This document shows positions 63,611 through 64,000 of a DNA stretch of 64,000 nucleotides, piece after piece. Each line of letters starts with the position of its first letter. Within the stretch, counting starts at the first letter, position 1. The notes under the pieces were generated by a model, which was not told the origin of the DNA, did not search any database, and saw nothing but the letters and a program-made list of their open reading frames with translations. Position numbers and translations under genes: made by a program. Origin of the DNA: Bugula neritina. Lineage: Eukaryota; Animalia; Bryozoa. The stretch covers positions 1,437,628 through 1,501,627 of the forward strand of contig OZ037771.1 in the NCBI GenBank assembly GCA_964035545.1. Direction: 5' to 3'.

Positions 63611-63961
63611 CTGCAGAGTGTTGGCTGTAGCTGTCATCTGCAGAGTGTTGTCTGTAGCTGTCATCTGCAGAGTGTTGGCTGTAGCTGTCATCTGCAGAGT
63701 GTTGTCTGTAGCTGTCATCTGCAGAGTGTTGGCTGTAGCTGTCATCTGCAGAGTGTTGTCTGTAGCTGTCATCTGCAGAGTGTTGGCTGTAGCTGTCATC
63801 TGCAGAGTGTTGGCTGTAGCTGTCATCTGCAGAGTGTTGTCTGTAGCTGTCATCTGCAGAGTGTTGGCTGTAGCTGTCATCTGCAGAGTGTTGGCTGTAG
63901 CTGTCATCTGCAGAGTGTTGGCTGTAGCTGTCATCTGCAGAGTGTTGGCTGTAGCTGTCAT
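63611..63961 (+). repeat. 27-bp intronic minisatellite x13 (CTGCAGAGTGTTGGCTGTAGCTGTCAT)
   Basis: Direct periodicity starting 20 nt after the donor at 63591. Confidence 0.95.
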
Positions 63962-64000
63962 ATCGTTTGTCAGTTTACTTATCTTATAGTTGACAGCTGT

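Noticed and set aside
63605-63989. ORFs MTATANTLQ(n) and VLAVAVICR(n)
   Set aside because: 27-bp intronic repeat that is open on both strands; it starts after a clear donor at 63591.

Overview
AT-rich, intron-dense animal (invertebrate-like) nuclear DNA; the species cannot be determined from the window. I assembled spliced gene models by hand from GT-AG boundaries and reading-frame phase. In order: (1) the last visible exons of an unidentified gene (15-2769, +); (2) an unrecognised membrane protein of roughly 1500 aa with EGF, Ca-binding EGF and TNFR-type Cys repeats and five predicted TM helices (3504-23570, +), whose largest intron holds a 3.5-kb TIR element with branched palindromes; (3) RECQL5 (-); (4) PDCD10/CCM3 (+), head-to-head with RECQL5; (5) AGFG1/HRB (-); (6) the 5' part of BLTP1/KIAA1109 (+), head-to-head with AGFG1 and running off the window. 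The most striking unexplained pattern is in the introns. Most tandem repeats abut a splice site, and many units are in-register copies of the real donor or acceptor. Three arrays are instead antisense to the donor and match the U1 snRNA 5' end. All homology calls come from recalled motifs; no database searches were run, and exon coordinates need RNA-seq confirmation.
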